DNA of 64,000 nt, taken from positions 56,259 through 120,258 of the forward strand of contig JALEHN010000021.1 of the NCBI GenBank assembly GCA_022770525.1, read 5' to 3'. Both the position numbers and the translations under genes were made by a program. Positions 37,151-45,147 of the stretch are shown here, piece after piece (within the stretch, counting starts at the first letter, position 1; every line of letters starts with the position of its first letter). The notes beneath the pieces were generated by a model. The model was not told the DNA's origin. It made no database searches and worked only from the letters and a program-made list of their open reading frames with translations. Source of the DNA: Clostridiales bacterium (GTDB lineage Bacteria; Bacillota; Clostridia; Lachnospirales; Lachnospiraceae).

Positions 37151-37159
37151 TGGTATAAT
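37151..37159 (+). promoter_or_regulatory. Extended -10 promoter element for pyrBI
   Basis: TGGTATAAT (TGnTATAAT) about 57 nt upstream of the pyrB ATG. No clear -35. Confidence 0.5.
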
Positions 37160-37215
37160 TATTGATTTTGTATTATGATATTAGAAGCTAAAAATAAATA
37201 TTTCTGGAGGTGCTT

Positions 37216-38133
37216 ATGAGACATTTAATCAGTCCACTTGATTTTTCTGTCGATGAAACTGAAGAATTGTTACTTCTGGCCGAGGATATAGCAAAAGATC
37301 CAAAAAAGTATTCCAAAGTCTGCGAAGGTAAAAAAATTGCTACTTTGTTTTATGAACCAAGTACTCGTACACGTTTAAGCTTTGAAGCTGCTATGCTCAA
37401 TCTCGGCGGCAGTGTTTTAGGATTTTCCAGTGCCGATTCAAGTTCAGCAGCCAAAGGCGAAAGTGTTGCCGATACAATACGTGTCATTTCAAGCTATGCG
37501 GATATCGCCGCTATGCGTCATCCTAAAGAAGGTGCACCTTATGTTGCTTCCCTTCATTCAACAATTCCTGTAATCAATGCCGGTGACGGCGGTCATCAGC
37601 ATCCGACTCAGACACTGACTGACCTTTTGACGATTCACTCACTGAAAGGCCGTCTTGACCATTTAACGATCGGTCTTTGCGGTGATCTGAAGTTTGGCCG
37701 TACCGTTCATTCTCTGATCAATGCCCTTGTGAGATACACCGGTATTAAATTTGTTCTGATTTCTCCTGAAGAACTTCGCGTACCGACTTACATTCGCAAA
37801 GATGTCCTTGAAGACAAAAACGTTCCTTATAAAGAAGTAGAATCTCTGGAGGAAGCTATGCCGGAACTGGATATTCTTTACATGACCCGTGTTCAGAAGG
37901 AACGCTTCTTCAACGAGGAAGATTACATCCGTTTAAAAGACAGATATATCTTAGATGCTGCAAAAATGCATTTTGCAGGCCCTGAAATGCTCGTACTTCA
38001 TCCGCTGCCGCGTGTCAATGAAATTTCTGTTGAAGTTGACAAAGACCCTCGCGCAGTCTATTTTAAGCAGGCCCAATTTGGCGTTTATGCCCGCATGGCA
38101 CTGATCATGACACTGCTTGAACTGAGCCTTTAA
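37216..38133 (+). CDS. pyrB: Aspartate carbamoyltransferase catalytic subunit
   Basis: [13 protein letters not shown] and HPLPR motifs. ATG 37216 behind SD GGAGG; the track start 37210 is GTG inside the SD. Confidence 0.95.
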   Translation: MRHLISPLDFSVDETEELLLLAEDIAKDPKKYSKVCEGKKIATLFYEPSTRTRLSFEAAMLNLGGSVLGFSSADSSSAAKGESVADTIRVISSYADIAAMRHPKEGAPYVASLHSTIPVINAGDGGHQHPTQTLTDLLTIHSLKGRLDHLTIGLCGDLKFGRTVHSLINALVRYTGIKFVLISPEELRVPTYIRKDVLEDKNVPYKEVESLEEAMPELDILYMTRVQKERFFNEEDYIRLKDRYILDAAKMHFAGPEMLVLHPLPRVNEISVEVDKDPRAVYFKQAQFGVYARMALIMTLLELSL

Positions 38134-38233
38134 CCTGTAGTGTCAAAATCAAAGGCTGACAAACAGGCAAACTTTCAGACTGCCGTGTCCGGCACGGCGC
38201 TGCTGCAGAAATAAAGAAAGGATGTGTACACAT

Positions 38234-38659
38234 ATGTTAAATATCAGCGGTATTGAAAACGGCGTTGTTATCGATCATATCAAAGCCGGAAGAAGCATGG
38301 AAATTTACAATTATCTGGAACTGGATAAACTGGACTGCCAGGTTGCCATCATAAAAAATGCCACAAGCAGCAAAATGGGTAAAAAAGACATCATCAAAAT
38401 TCAGGGTGAAATGGATCTGAATCTTGATATTCTCGGTTTCATCGGGAGCCATATGACGATTAACGTTATCCGTGGCGGCAAAATTGTCGAAAAGAAAAAA
38501 CTGACAATGCCTGAAACCGTCACCAACGTCATCAAATGTAAAAACCCTCGCTGTATTACTTCCATTGAGCAGGAACTGCCACATGTATTTAAGCTGACAG
38601 ACCGAAAGAACAAAACTTACAGATGCATTTATTGTGAAGAAAAGTTTTCTCACAACTAA
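38234..38659 (+). CDS. pyrI: Aspartate carbamoyltransferase regulatory subunit
   Basis: IENGVVIDHI N-terminal motif and the C-terminal zinc domain CKNPRCIT...YRCIYCE. Confidence 0.92.
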   Translation: MLNISGIENGVVIDHIKAGRSMEIYNYLELDKLDCQVAIIKNATSSKMGKKDIIKIQGEMDLNLDILGFIGSHMTINVIRGGKIVEKKKLTMPETVTNVIKCKNPRCITSIEQELPHVFKLTDRKNKTYRCIYCEEKFSHN

Positions 38660-38733
38660 TGGATCTCCCATTAAATACCGTACTTTTTCGGTGAGAATGC
38701 ATGATACACATATAATGACAGAAAATGACAGGA

Positions 38734-38776
38734 GCATGGTAAACACCATCGGGTATTTACCATGCCCCTTTTTTTA
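38734..38776 (+). terminator. Intrinsic terminator after pyrI (may also serve convergent ftsH)
   Basis: GCATGGTAAA-12 nt-TTTACCATGC perfect 10-bp stem, then CCCTTTTTTTATTTT. Confidence 0.85.
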
Positions 38777-38816
38777 TTTTATAATTTTTATTTTATAATG
38801 CTTAAATGATATGATT

Positions 38817-40784
38817 TTATGATGCTGAAATAATATTCATAAATTCCTGACCGGTAATCGTTTCTTTTTCAAGAAGATACTGTGCTGCTTTATCAAGGTC
38901 TTCCTTATGATCTCTTAAGATTTTTACAGCCTGAGCGTAAGACTGCTCAATCGTCTTTCTGACTATTTCATCTGCTCTTGCCATCGTATCTTCAGAGCAT
39001 GTTTTAACAGGTCTGCCATCCATATACTGGCTTCCCGGAAGCTCCAGTCCCATCATACCAAACTCATCGGACATACCATACATCGTAACCATCTTACGCG
39101 CAAGATCCGTTGCTTTCTCTATATCATTGGAAGCGCCGGTTGTAATCATATCAAACTGCACCTCTTCAGCGGCACGGCCGCCAAGCAGTGTCACGATTTC
39201 CTGAATCATTTCATTTTTCTTCATAAGAAATCTTTCCTCTTCCGGCATCTGCATCGTATAACCTAATGCGCCGGAAGTTCTCGGGATAATCGTAATCTTC
39301 TGGATCGGCTGTGTATTTTTCTGCTTTGCAGCCACAAGCGCATGCCCGATTTCATGATAAGCAACAATGCTTCTTTCCTCTTTGGACATAATGTGGTTTT
39401 TACGCTGCTGTCCGGCAATAATCACTTCTACCGATTCAAAAAGATCTTCCTGGGAAATGCCCTTTCTGCCCATGCGCACTGCACGCAGCGCCGCTTCATT
39501 GACGATATTGGCCAGATCAGCACCGGATGCACCCGAAGTTGCCAGTGCAATCTCCTCAAGATCCACAGACTCATCCAGCCGTACCTTTTTGCAGTGAACC
39601 TTCAAAATATCGATACGTCCCTTTTTGTCCGGCTGGGTTACGCTGATTGTTCTGTCAAAACGGCCCGGACGGCGCAGCGCTTTATCAAGAACTTCCGGAC
39701 GGTTCGTCGCCGCAAGAACAACAACAGCTTTGGAATCATCAAAGCCATCCATCTCAGTCAGCAGCTGATTCAACGTCTGTTCACGCTCATCGTTACTTCC
39801 CATCTGATTGTCACGGCTCTTACCGATGGCATCAATCTCATCAATAAATATGATACAAGGCGCTTTTTCTTCTGCCTGTTTAAAAAGATCACGGACTCTT
39901 GACGCGCCCATACCGACAAACATTTCAACAAAGTCCGAACCCGAGATTGAGAAAAACGGTACACCGGCTTCACCGGCAACTGCTTTTGCAAGTAATGTTT
40001 TACCTGTGCCCGGAGGGCCCACAAGCAATGCGCCTTTTGGCAGTTTTGCACCGATATCCGCATACTTTCCGGGATTATTCAGATAATCCACAATTTCCAT
40101 CAGCGACTCTTTGGCTTCATCCTGTCCTGCTACATCTTTAAAAGTAACACCGGTTCCTTTTTCTTCGTAGATTTTGGCATTGCTCTTGCCCATGCCGCCA
40201 ATACCTCCGATACCGCCGCCCATCTTGCTCATCATCTTTCTGCTCATGAAAGACAAAAACCATATGACGATAAGCATCGGAAGAATATAACTGATAATCG
40301 AAATCAATGGTGATGCCTTGACCGGAATCTCATTGCTCAGCTGGACATCATGCTCAAGAAGCAGTGAGGCTCTGTCCGGATCATCAACAATACCTGTATA
40401 ATAGGTGATTGTACCAACCTTTGAATAATTCTCATCATTTTCATTCGGTACAATGATAATCTTACCTTCACTATCCTGAATAAGAACAGAATCTACCTTA
40501 CCTTCTTTGACTTTTTCAATGAATTCGGTATAAGTAATTTGTTCACTTCCTGCTTTTTTAAGCCATGACGTTAAAAAGCTGTTAATTAATATAGAAACAA
40601 TAAGGCCGATCAAAAGATATATTATAATCTTGTTAATGGGCGGCATTCCCGGCGTCTGCTGACCATTACCGCCATTATTTCCTGTCGGACGATTATATGA
40701 ATTCTGATTCTGACTCTGCCCCTGTGATTGTTTTATATCCGGAGCCGTCCCGCCATTTGGTGTACTCTGTCCATTTTCACCCAT
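38817..40784 (-). CDS. ftsH: ATP-dependent zinc metalloprotease FtsH
   Basis: [18 protein letters not shown] Walker [16 protein letters not shown] zinc motif. Low-complexity Gly/Asn/Gln N-terminus before TM1. SD AAGGAGGA. Confidence 0.97.
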   Translation of the reverse strand: MGENGQSTPNGGTAPDIKQSQGQSQNQNSYNRPTGNNGGNGQQTPGMPPINKIIIYLLIGLIVSILINSFLTSWLKKAGSEQITYTEFIEKVKEGKVDSVLIQDSEGKIIIVPNENDENYSKVGTITYYTGIVDDPDRASLLLEHDVQLSNEIPVKASPLISIISYILPMLIVIWFLSFMSRKMMSKMGGGIGGIGGMGKSNAKIYEEKGTGVTFKDVAGQDEAKESLMEIVDYLNNPGKYADIGAKLPKGALLVGPPGTGKTLLAKAVAGEAGVPFFSISGSDFVEMFVGMGASRVRDLFKQAEEKAPCIIFIDEIDAIGKSRDNQMGSNDEREQTLNQLLTEMDGFDDSKAVVVLAATNRPEVLDKALRRPGRFDRTISVTQPDKKGRIDILKVHCKKVRLDESVDLEEIALATSGASGADLANIVNEAALRAVRMGRKGISQEDLFESVEVIIAGQQRKNHIMSKEERSIVAYHEIGHALVAAKQKNTQPIQKITIIPRTSGALGYTMQMPEEERFLMKKNEMIQEIVTLLGGRAAEEVQFDMITTGASNDIEKATDLARKMVTMYGMSDEFGMMGLELPGSQYMDGRPVKTCSEDTMARADEIVRKTIEQSYAQAVKILRDHKEDLDKAAQYLLEKETITGQEFMNIISAS

Positions 40785-40868
40785 AAAATTTCCTCCTTTG
40801 AAAGCAACATTTCCTCACAGAATCGTCCTTTAAAACTTCGTTCCCGATGAGGATCATCTTCGTACAGT

Positions 40869-40895
40869 TTAGCACTCATTCGCAAAGAGTGCTAA
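40869..40895. promoter_or_regulatory. Perfect CIRCE element (HrcA operator) upstream of ftsH
   Basis: TTAGCACTC-N9-GAGTGCTAA exactly matches the CIRCE consensus. It starts 7 nt downstream of the predicted -10 and lies ~85-110 nt upstream of the ftsH ATG. Confidence 0.9.
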
Positions 40896-40902
40896 TAAAG
40901 CT

Positions 40903-40930
40903 ATTTTATCACTTATTCGCACGAATACAA
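40903..40930 (-). promoter_or_regulatory. Sigma-A promoter of ftsH
   Basis: Minus strand TTGTAT-16 nt-TAAAAT, immediately followed by CIRCE. This is the classical promoter-operator arrangement. Confidence 0.6.
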
Positions 40931-41076
40931 GTATTTCAGAGACAATTTTATATAATTTATAATTATTTAAGATTTAACACATGATACACCGTCAATCATA
41001 AAGCTGCTCCCACCGCCTGAATGCAGTGATTTTCCGTCTGATAAACGAAAAATTTAATTTATGAAACAGACTCTGT

Positions 41077-41961
41077 TTACTTTTTGGCTCTGCGCAATAT
41101 TTCTTTTAATTCTTCTACTGTAAAATGATAAGCTGTATTGCAGAAATGGCACTTCACCTCAATTGTCTTTCCTTCATTAATCATATCCTGAAGCTCAGCC
41201 CTGCCGATTGAAATCAATGCCTTTTCGACTTTACTTTTTGAACAGTCGCATTCAAATTTCGTCGGCATCTTTTCAAGCACTTCATGATCCAGTCCGTCTA
41301 ATACAAGATCTATCATACTCTCCGGTGTATTTCCCGCATCAAGAAGTGAAGTGACCGATGAGATATTTTTCAGGTTTTCTTCCAGTTTCGAAATCACTGT
41401 TTCTTCTGCAAACGGCATCAGCTGAATTATAAAGCCGCCGGCCTGTTTGACTGTATTATCCTTTTCCATCAGAACACCAAGTGCCACACTGGAATTTACC
41501 TGCTCACTGGTCGCAAAATAATACGTAAGATCCTCCGCAATCTCTCCGGATACAAGGTGTGTCTGTCCCACATAAGGCTCTTTCAATCCCATATCCTTAA
41601 TCACACTTAAAACGCCGAGATTTAACGCACCGCCGACATCCAGCTTTCCTGCCTTATTCGGCGGCAGCATAACATCCGGGTTTTCCACATATCCCTTGAC
41701 GTTTGCCTTTGAATCCGCTGTCACTGTCAGCCCGCCGATCGGTCCGCTGCACTTAATCTGTAATGTCAATTTATCATTGTCACCTTTCTGCATTGCTCCC
41801 ATCATTGCACCGGCTGTCAAAAGCCGTCCAAGTGCTGCCGTAGCCACCGGACTTGTATTATGGTGAACTCTTGCTTCTTCAACAAGTCCTTTCGTCGTTG
41901 CCGCAAATACACGTACCTGTGCATTGGCCGCTGTAGCTCTTACTATATAATCTGACATCAT
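41077..41961 (-). CDS. hslO: Redox-regulated chaperone Hsp33
   Basis: C-terminal zinc centre CDCS...CHFC, N-terminal YIVRATAANAQVRVFA. Confidence 0.93.
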   Translation of the reverse strand: MMSDYIVRATAANAQVRVFAATTKGLVEEARVHHNTSPVATAALGRLLTAGAMMGAMQKGDNDKLTLQIKCSGPIGGLTVTADSKANVKGYVENPDVMLPPNKAGKLDVGGALNLGVLSVIKDMGLKEPYVGQTHLVSGEIAEDLTYYFATSEQVNSSVALGVLMEKDNTVKQAGGFIIQLMPFAEETVISKLEENLKNISSVTSLLDAGNTPESMIDLVLDGLDHEVLEKMPTKFECDCSKSKVEKALISIGRAELQDMINEGKTIEVKCHFCNTAYHFTVEELKEILRRAKK

Positions 41962-41997
41962 TACATCTTCCTCCGTTTAGTCCAGTCTCTTTCTCCA

Positions 41998-42783
41998 TTA
42001 TTTCTTTTTGCCATGTTCCCTGGCAATAATATAAACCCTCTCACTGTCAGCTTTAGGGGGCTCATATGTAAATGCATCATAAGCTGCCACAAATACCAGT
42101 CCGGCTTCCTTAAGCAGTCTGCATACAGTTTTTAGATCATATGCTTTCTGATAATGCGTTTCCGTAAACCGCAAAAATGCTTCTCCGCCGCCGTAACAGC
42201 TTTTTTGCCGCTCATCATCCCTGACAAAAATATTCAGTTCATATTCATTGATCTTTTCATCCTCATAATAATAATTATCCCATATAAAACTGCAGTCTTC
42301 CCTGCTTTCAGCGATCGTCCGGCTGCCAAGGATCTGCTCATACTTATACACCGTGTTCATATCAAAAATAAAAATGCCTTCCGGGTCCAGATAATTATTC
42401 ACAAGTCTGAAAACTTCCCGCAGCTCATCTTCCTCAAGTATATAGTTCATACTGTCACATACACTGACAACCGCCCGTACAGTACCATAAAGTTCAAAGG
42501 ACCGCATATCCTGAAGCAGATAAAGAATATCTTTATTCTTTTCTGCTGTCTTTTCCATAGCAATTGCCAGCATATCTTCAGAACAGTCTATACCGATCAT
42601 ATCATAACCTTCGTCACTGAGTAATTCCGTCATATTGCCCGTTCCACAGCCCATATCAAGAACCAGCCCACTGTTAATGCCATACCGGCAAAGCAGTGAT
42701 TTCAGATATTCGCACCAGTCTTTATAAGGAATATTATCCATGAAAGTATCATAAACCATTGCAAAACTCGTATAAGAATCCAT
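41998..42783 (-). CDS. Class I SAM-dependent methyltransferase
   Basis: VLDMGCGTGNMTELL motif I. ATG 42783 behind SD GGGAGGG; the track extension is rejected. Confidence 0.8.
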   Translation of the reverse strand: MDSYTSFAMVYDTFMDNIPYKDWCEYLKSLLCRYGINSGLVLDMGCGTGNMTELLSDEGYDMIGIDCSEDMLAIAMEKTAEKNKDILYLLQDMRSFELYGTVRAVVSVCDSMNYILEEDELREVFRLVNNYLDPEGIFIFDMNTVYKYEQILGSRTIAESREDCSFIWDNYYYEDEKINEYELNIFVRDDERQKSCYGGGEAFLRFTETHYQKAYDLKTVCRLLKEAGLVFVAAYDAFTYEPPKADSERVYIIAREHGKKK

Positions 42784-42835
42784 TTTTCCCTCCCGAAAAC
42801 ATAATACCGCTGTCATCATATTGATATACAACTTT

Positions 42836-42946
42836 CAGCTGGGGTGTTCCCGCTGAAGGTTGAGCCTCCGGCTGATCGACAAGGCGCGCAGATGAAAGCT
42901 TCTTCTAAGCGTGCGCCTCGCGGCAAGTACGCAGCGGCGTACTTGA
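42836..42946 (-). ncRNA. GC-rich multi-hairpin element of unknown class, probably the 5' leader of the methyltransferase-hslO operon
   Basis: Four consecutive hairpins: CAGCtGGG/CCCGCTG, AGCC/GGCT, AGGCGCGC/GTGCGCCT, CAAGTACGC-AGCG-GCGTACTTG. Local GC is far above the AT-rich surroundings. It lies downstream of the minus-strand promoter at 42967-42996. Strand assignment is inferred. Confidence 0.45.
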
Positions 42947-42966
42947 ATCAATCCTGTTACTGGATT

Positions 42967-42996
42967 ATTATATACACCAGTATCCTTTTTTATCAA
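42967..42996 (-). promoter_or_regulatory. Sigma-A promoter driving the structured leader and methyltransferase-hslO
   Basis: Minus strand TTGATA-18 nt-TATAAT. Confidence 0.55.
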
Positions 42997-43025
42997 GTAT
43001 TTTCTTTGAAAAGCCATCCGTGTTA

Positions 43026-43054
43026 TTGAATATTTCAGCTTTTTACACTATAAT
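43026..43054 (+). promoter_or_regulatory. Sigma-A promoter of thiW-thiM
   Basis: TTGAAT-17 nt-TATAAT, leaving only a ~30-nt leader before the thiW ATG. Confidence 0.65.
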
Positions 43055-43090
43055 GAGGCATGGAACTAATTATGAAAGAAGGAAAATGAC

Positions 43091-43633
43091 ATGCAATCAA
43101 AATCTACAACAGAAACACAGAGTACTTCCATGATATCTACAAGAAAACTGGTACTGTCAGCATTATTCATCGCTCTTGGTGTTGCGACATCTACGCTTCT
43201 TGTATTTCCGATCGGTGCCTCCAAATGCGCACCTGTACAGCATTTTATAAATGTCGCGTCGGCAATCCTCCTCGGTCCCGGATATGCCATTATTAACGCC
43301 TTTTTAATTTCACTGATCCGGGTACTTCTCGGAACCGGAAGTCTTCTGGCCTTCCCCGGAAGCATGCTTGGGGCTGCATTAGCCGGTATACTTTATTATT
43401 TTTTCAAAAAAGACTTTCTCGCATTTGCCGGAGAAGTTTTCGGCACCAGCGTCCTTGGCGGTATTTGCGCTTTCTTTGTGGCAAAACTATTTTTAGCCAA
43501 TGACACAGCGGCTATATTTACTTATGTGCTGCCATTTTTTATCAGCACAATCGTTGGCAGTGCCATCGCATATCTTCTTATTAAACAGCTGCGCGCTCTC
43601 AAAGTGCTGAAAAAAGACCGGCTGAATGTTTAA
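43091..43633 (+). CDS. thiW: ECF transporter S component ThiW (thiazole precursor uptake)
   Basis: FPIGASKCAPVQHFINVASAILLGPGYAI...LLGTGSLLAFPGSMLGAALAG matches the ThiW signature. Followed by thiM. Confidence 0.85.
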   Translation: MQSKSTTETQSTSMISTRKLVLSALFIALGVATSTLLVFPIGASKCAPVQHFINVASAILLGPGYAIINAFLISLIRVLLGTGSLLAFPGSMLGAALAGILYYFFKKDFLAFAGEVFGTSVLGGICAFFVAKLFLANDTAAIFTYVLPFFISTIVGSAIAYLLIKQLRALKVLKKDRLNV

Positions 43634-43713
43634 TTTCATTCAAAACGGGCAGTGCTTCCCGGCCTGCCCCAAATTTAAAAAACTGCTTGTTCTATGGCAG
43701 AACGGAGTCTATT

Positions 43714-44499
43714 ATGGATTATATTAAATTGACTGAACAACTTAAAGAACGCATTCACAAACATCCTCCGCTTGTTCATCACATCACCAATTTTGTCACT
43801 ATGTATCAATGTGCCAGAATCACCGCTTTTCTCGGCGCTTCTCCCGTCATGGCTTTTGCTGCATGCGAAGTTGCCGATGTTACAAAAAAATCGGATGCCC
43901 TTGTGGTAAATACCGGGACACTCAATGATGAAGTTGTCCACTCTATCCCTAAAGCAGTAAAAACAGCAAACGAATACCATATTCCTGTCGTCCTTGACCC
44001 GGTTGGCATCAATCTTTCAGATTACCGGCATGACTTTATCATGCAGCTTCTATCCGCCTGCAAGTTCTCTGTGATACGGTGCAACGGTGTGGAATTAATG
44101 AATCTCTATGGCAAAGTCATGTCCGGAAGCGGCATCGACGGCGCTCTTGACCGGCTTTCTCCGACCGGAAATGGTTTATCCGTCGAGGATGCCGCATCCC
44201 ATCTTGCAATAAAGTATCACTGTACCATCGCATGCACCGGAAAAACTGATGTCATCTCAGACGGTCGTCAGACGATCCGCCTTTCCCGCGGATCTAAGCT
44301 GCTGCCAAAACTTGTAGGTACAGGCTGCATGATCAATTCTCTGATCGGCGCTTTTCTTCCCGTCGCTGACGCACCGATTGATGCAGCGGCCGCAGGAATA
44401 CTGACCATGTGTCTTGCCGGTGAATCCGCCCACAAACGGCTTGAGAATACAAATCATCTTGGTTCATTTGAAACGTTTTTAATGGATGCCATACGCTGA
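43714..44499 (+). CDS. thiM: Hydroxyethylthiazole kinase
   Basis: PLVHHITNFVTMYQCARITAFLGASPVMA and GTGCM motifs. ATG 43714 behind SD GGAG; the track start is 43687. Confidence 0.9.
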   Translation: MDYIKLTEQLKERIHKHPPLVHHITNFVTMYQCARITAFLGASPVMAFAACEVADVTKKSDALVVNTGTLNDEVVHSIPKAVKTANEYHIPVVLDPVGINLSDYRHDFIMQLLSACKFSVIRCNGVELMNLYGKVMSGSGIDGALDRLSPTGNGLSVEDAASHLAIKYHCTIACTGKTDVISDGRQTIRLSRGSKLLPKLVGTGCMINSLIGAFLPVADAPIDAAAAGILTMCLAGESAHKRLENTNHLGSFETFLMDAIR

Positions 44500-44729
44500 T
44501 CTTCCCGAAGCTCTGACTGCAGAGCTTCTTTTTTCATTGCCTTGCGCCTTTTTGTAACCATGCCTCCGATTCTCCCGGCTTCCTTTGCTGTCAGGCTTCG
44601 CCATCCGCCTTCAATGACCTTGTCATATAATCCCAGTTCCTCTGCGATTTCATATTTTAACCTTTCATTTTCAGACAGTTTCTGAATATCTGCTTTTGCC
44701 AAAACCTTTCCTTTCATATTTTTCATCAT
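44454..44729 (-). CDS. Alpha/beta-type small acid-soluble spore protein with an extended basic C-terminal tail
   Basis: KYEIAEELGL...GGWRSLTAKEAGRIGGMVTKR matches the SASP DNA-binding motifs. SD AGGGGG. The 3' 46 nt overlap the thiM 3' end (convergent). Confidence 0.75.
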   Translation of the reverse strand: MMKNMKGKVLAKADIQKLSENERLKYEIAEELGLYDKVIEGGWRSLTAKEAGRIGGMVTKRRKAMKKEALQSELREDQRMASIKNVSNEPR

Positions 44730-44757
44730 AAACCCCCTGTTTTCTGTACATAATTTA

Positions 44758-44786
44758 AAATTTTCCCGTCTGTAAACACCCTATAC
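44758..44786 (-). promoter_or_regulatory. Forespore sigma-F/sigma-G-type promoter of the SASP gene
   Basis: Minus strand GTATA-15 nt-GGAAAATTT fits GYATA-N15-GGHRARHTX. The -10 ends about 28 nt before the ATG. Confidence 0.65.
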
Positions 44787-45147
44787 ATTTTTCATTTTTA
44801 TTATTCAATATGAAATAACGCCCGCATCTGAAGCGGTCATCAGAAATTTTGAAATTTTATTTGGCGAATGCGCCACACCGACGAAATGCGAAGCATTTTG
44901 GAGATTGACTCTGAACAATTACAATGATTTTAGATTTATACTGAATTGAATCTAAGATATGGTGTCATATAAAATCACTATCCATGATTTAAGGAATTGA
45001 TAATATTATGGCACAGATACCTTTGAACTTCAAGGTATCCGTACCATAAACCGTTCGACAAAAGCATCATAACTTTTTGACAAATTAAGACAAAAATTGC
45101 TGCTGCCCGGTAATAAAATGACCGGGATCCCCGCTTTTTGACCTGAA

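Noticed and set aside
41064-41078. Hairpin AAACAG-ACT-CTGTTT overlapping the hslO stop as a terminator
   Set aside because: The stem is short, AT-rich and 6 bp, with no proper U-tract. It is too weak to call. ftsH clearly has its own promoter and CIRCE regardless.
42835-43029. Track ORFs 42835..43017 (-) and 42844..43029 (+), plus a canonical TPP riboswitch call for this region
   Set aside because: The Arg-rich translations are typical of GC-rich non-coding RNA-like sequence, and no SD is present. The TPP call was dropped because GGGGTG/GCTGAAGG has no ACCC pairing partner, no P3 helix and only a poor pyrophosphate-sensor helix. In addition, the strong thiW promoter lies downstream of the element.
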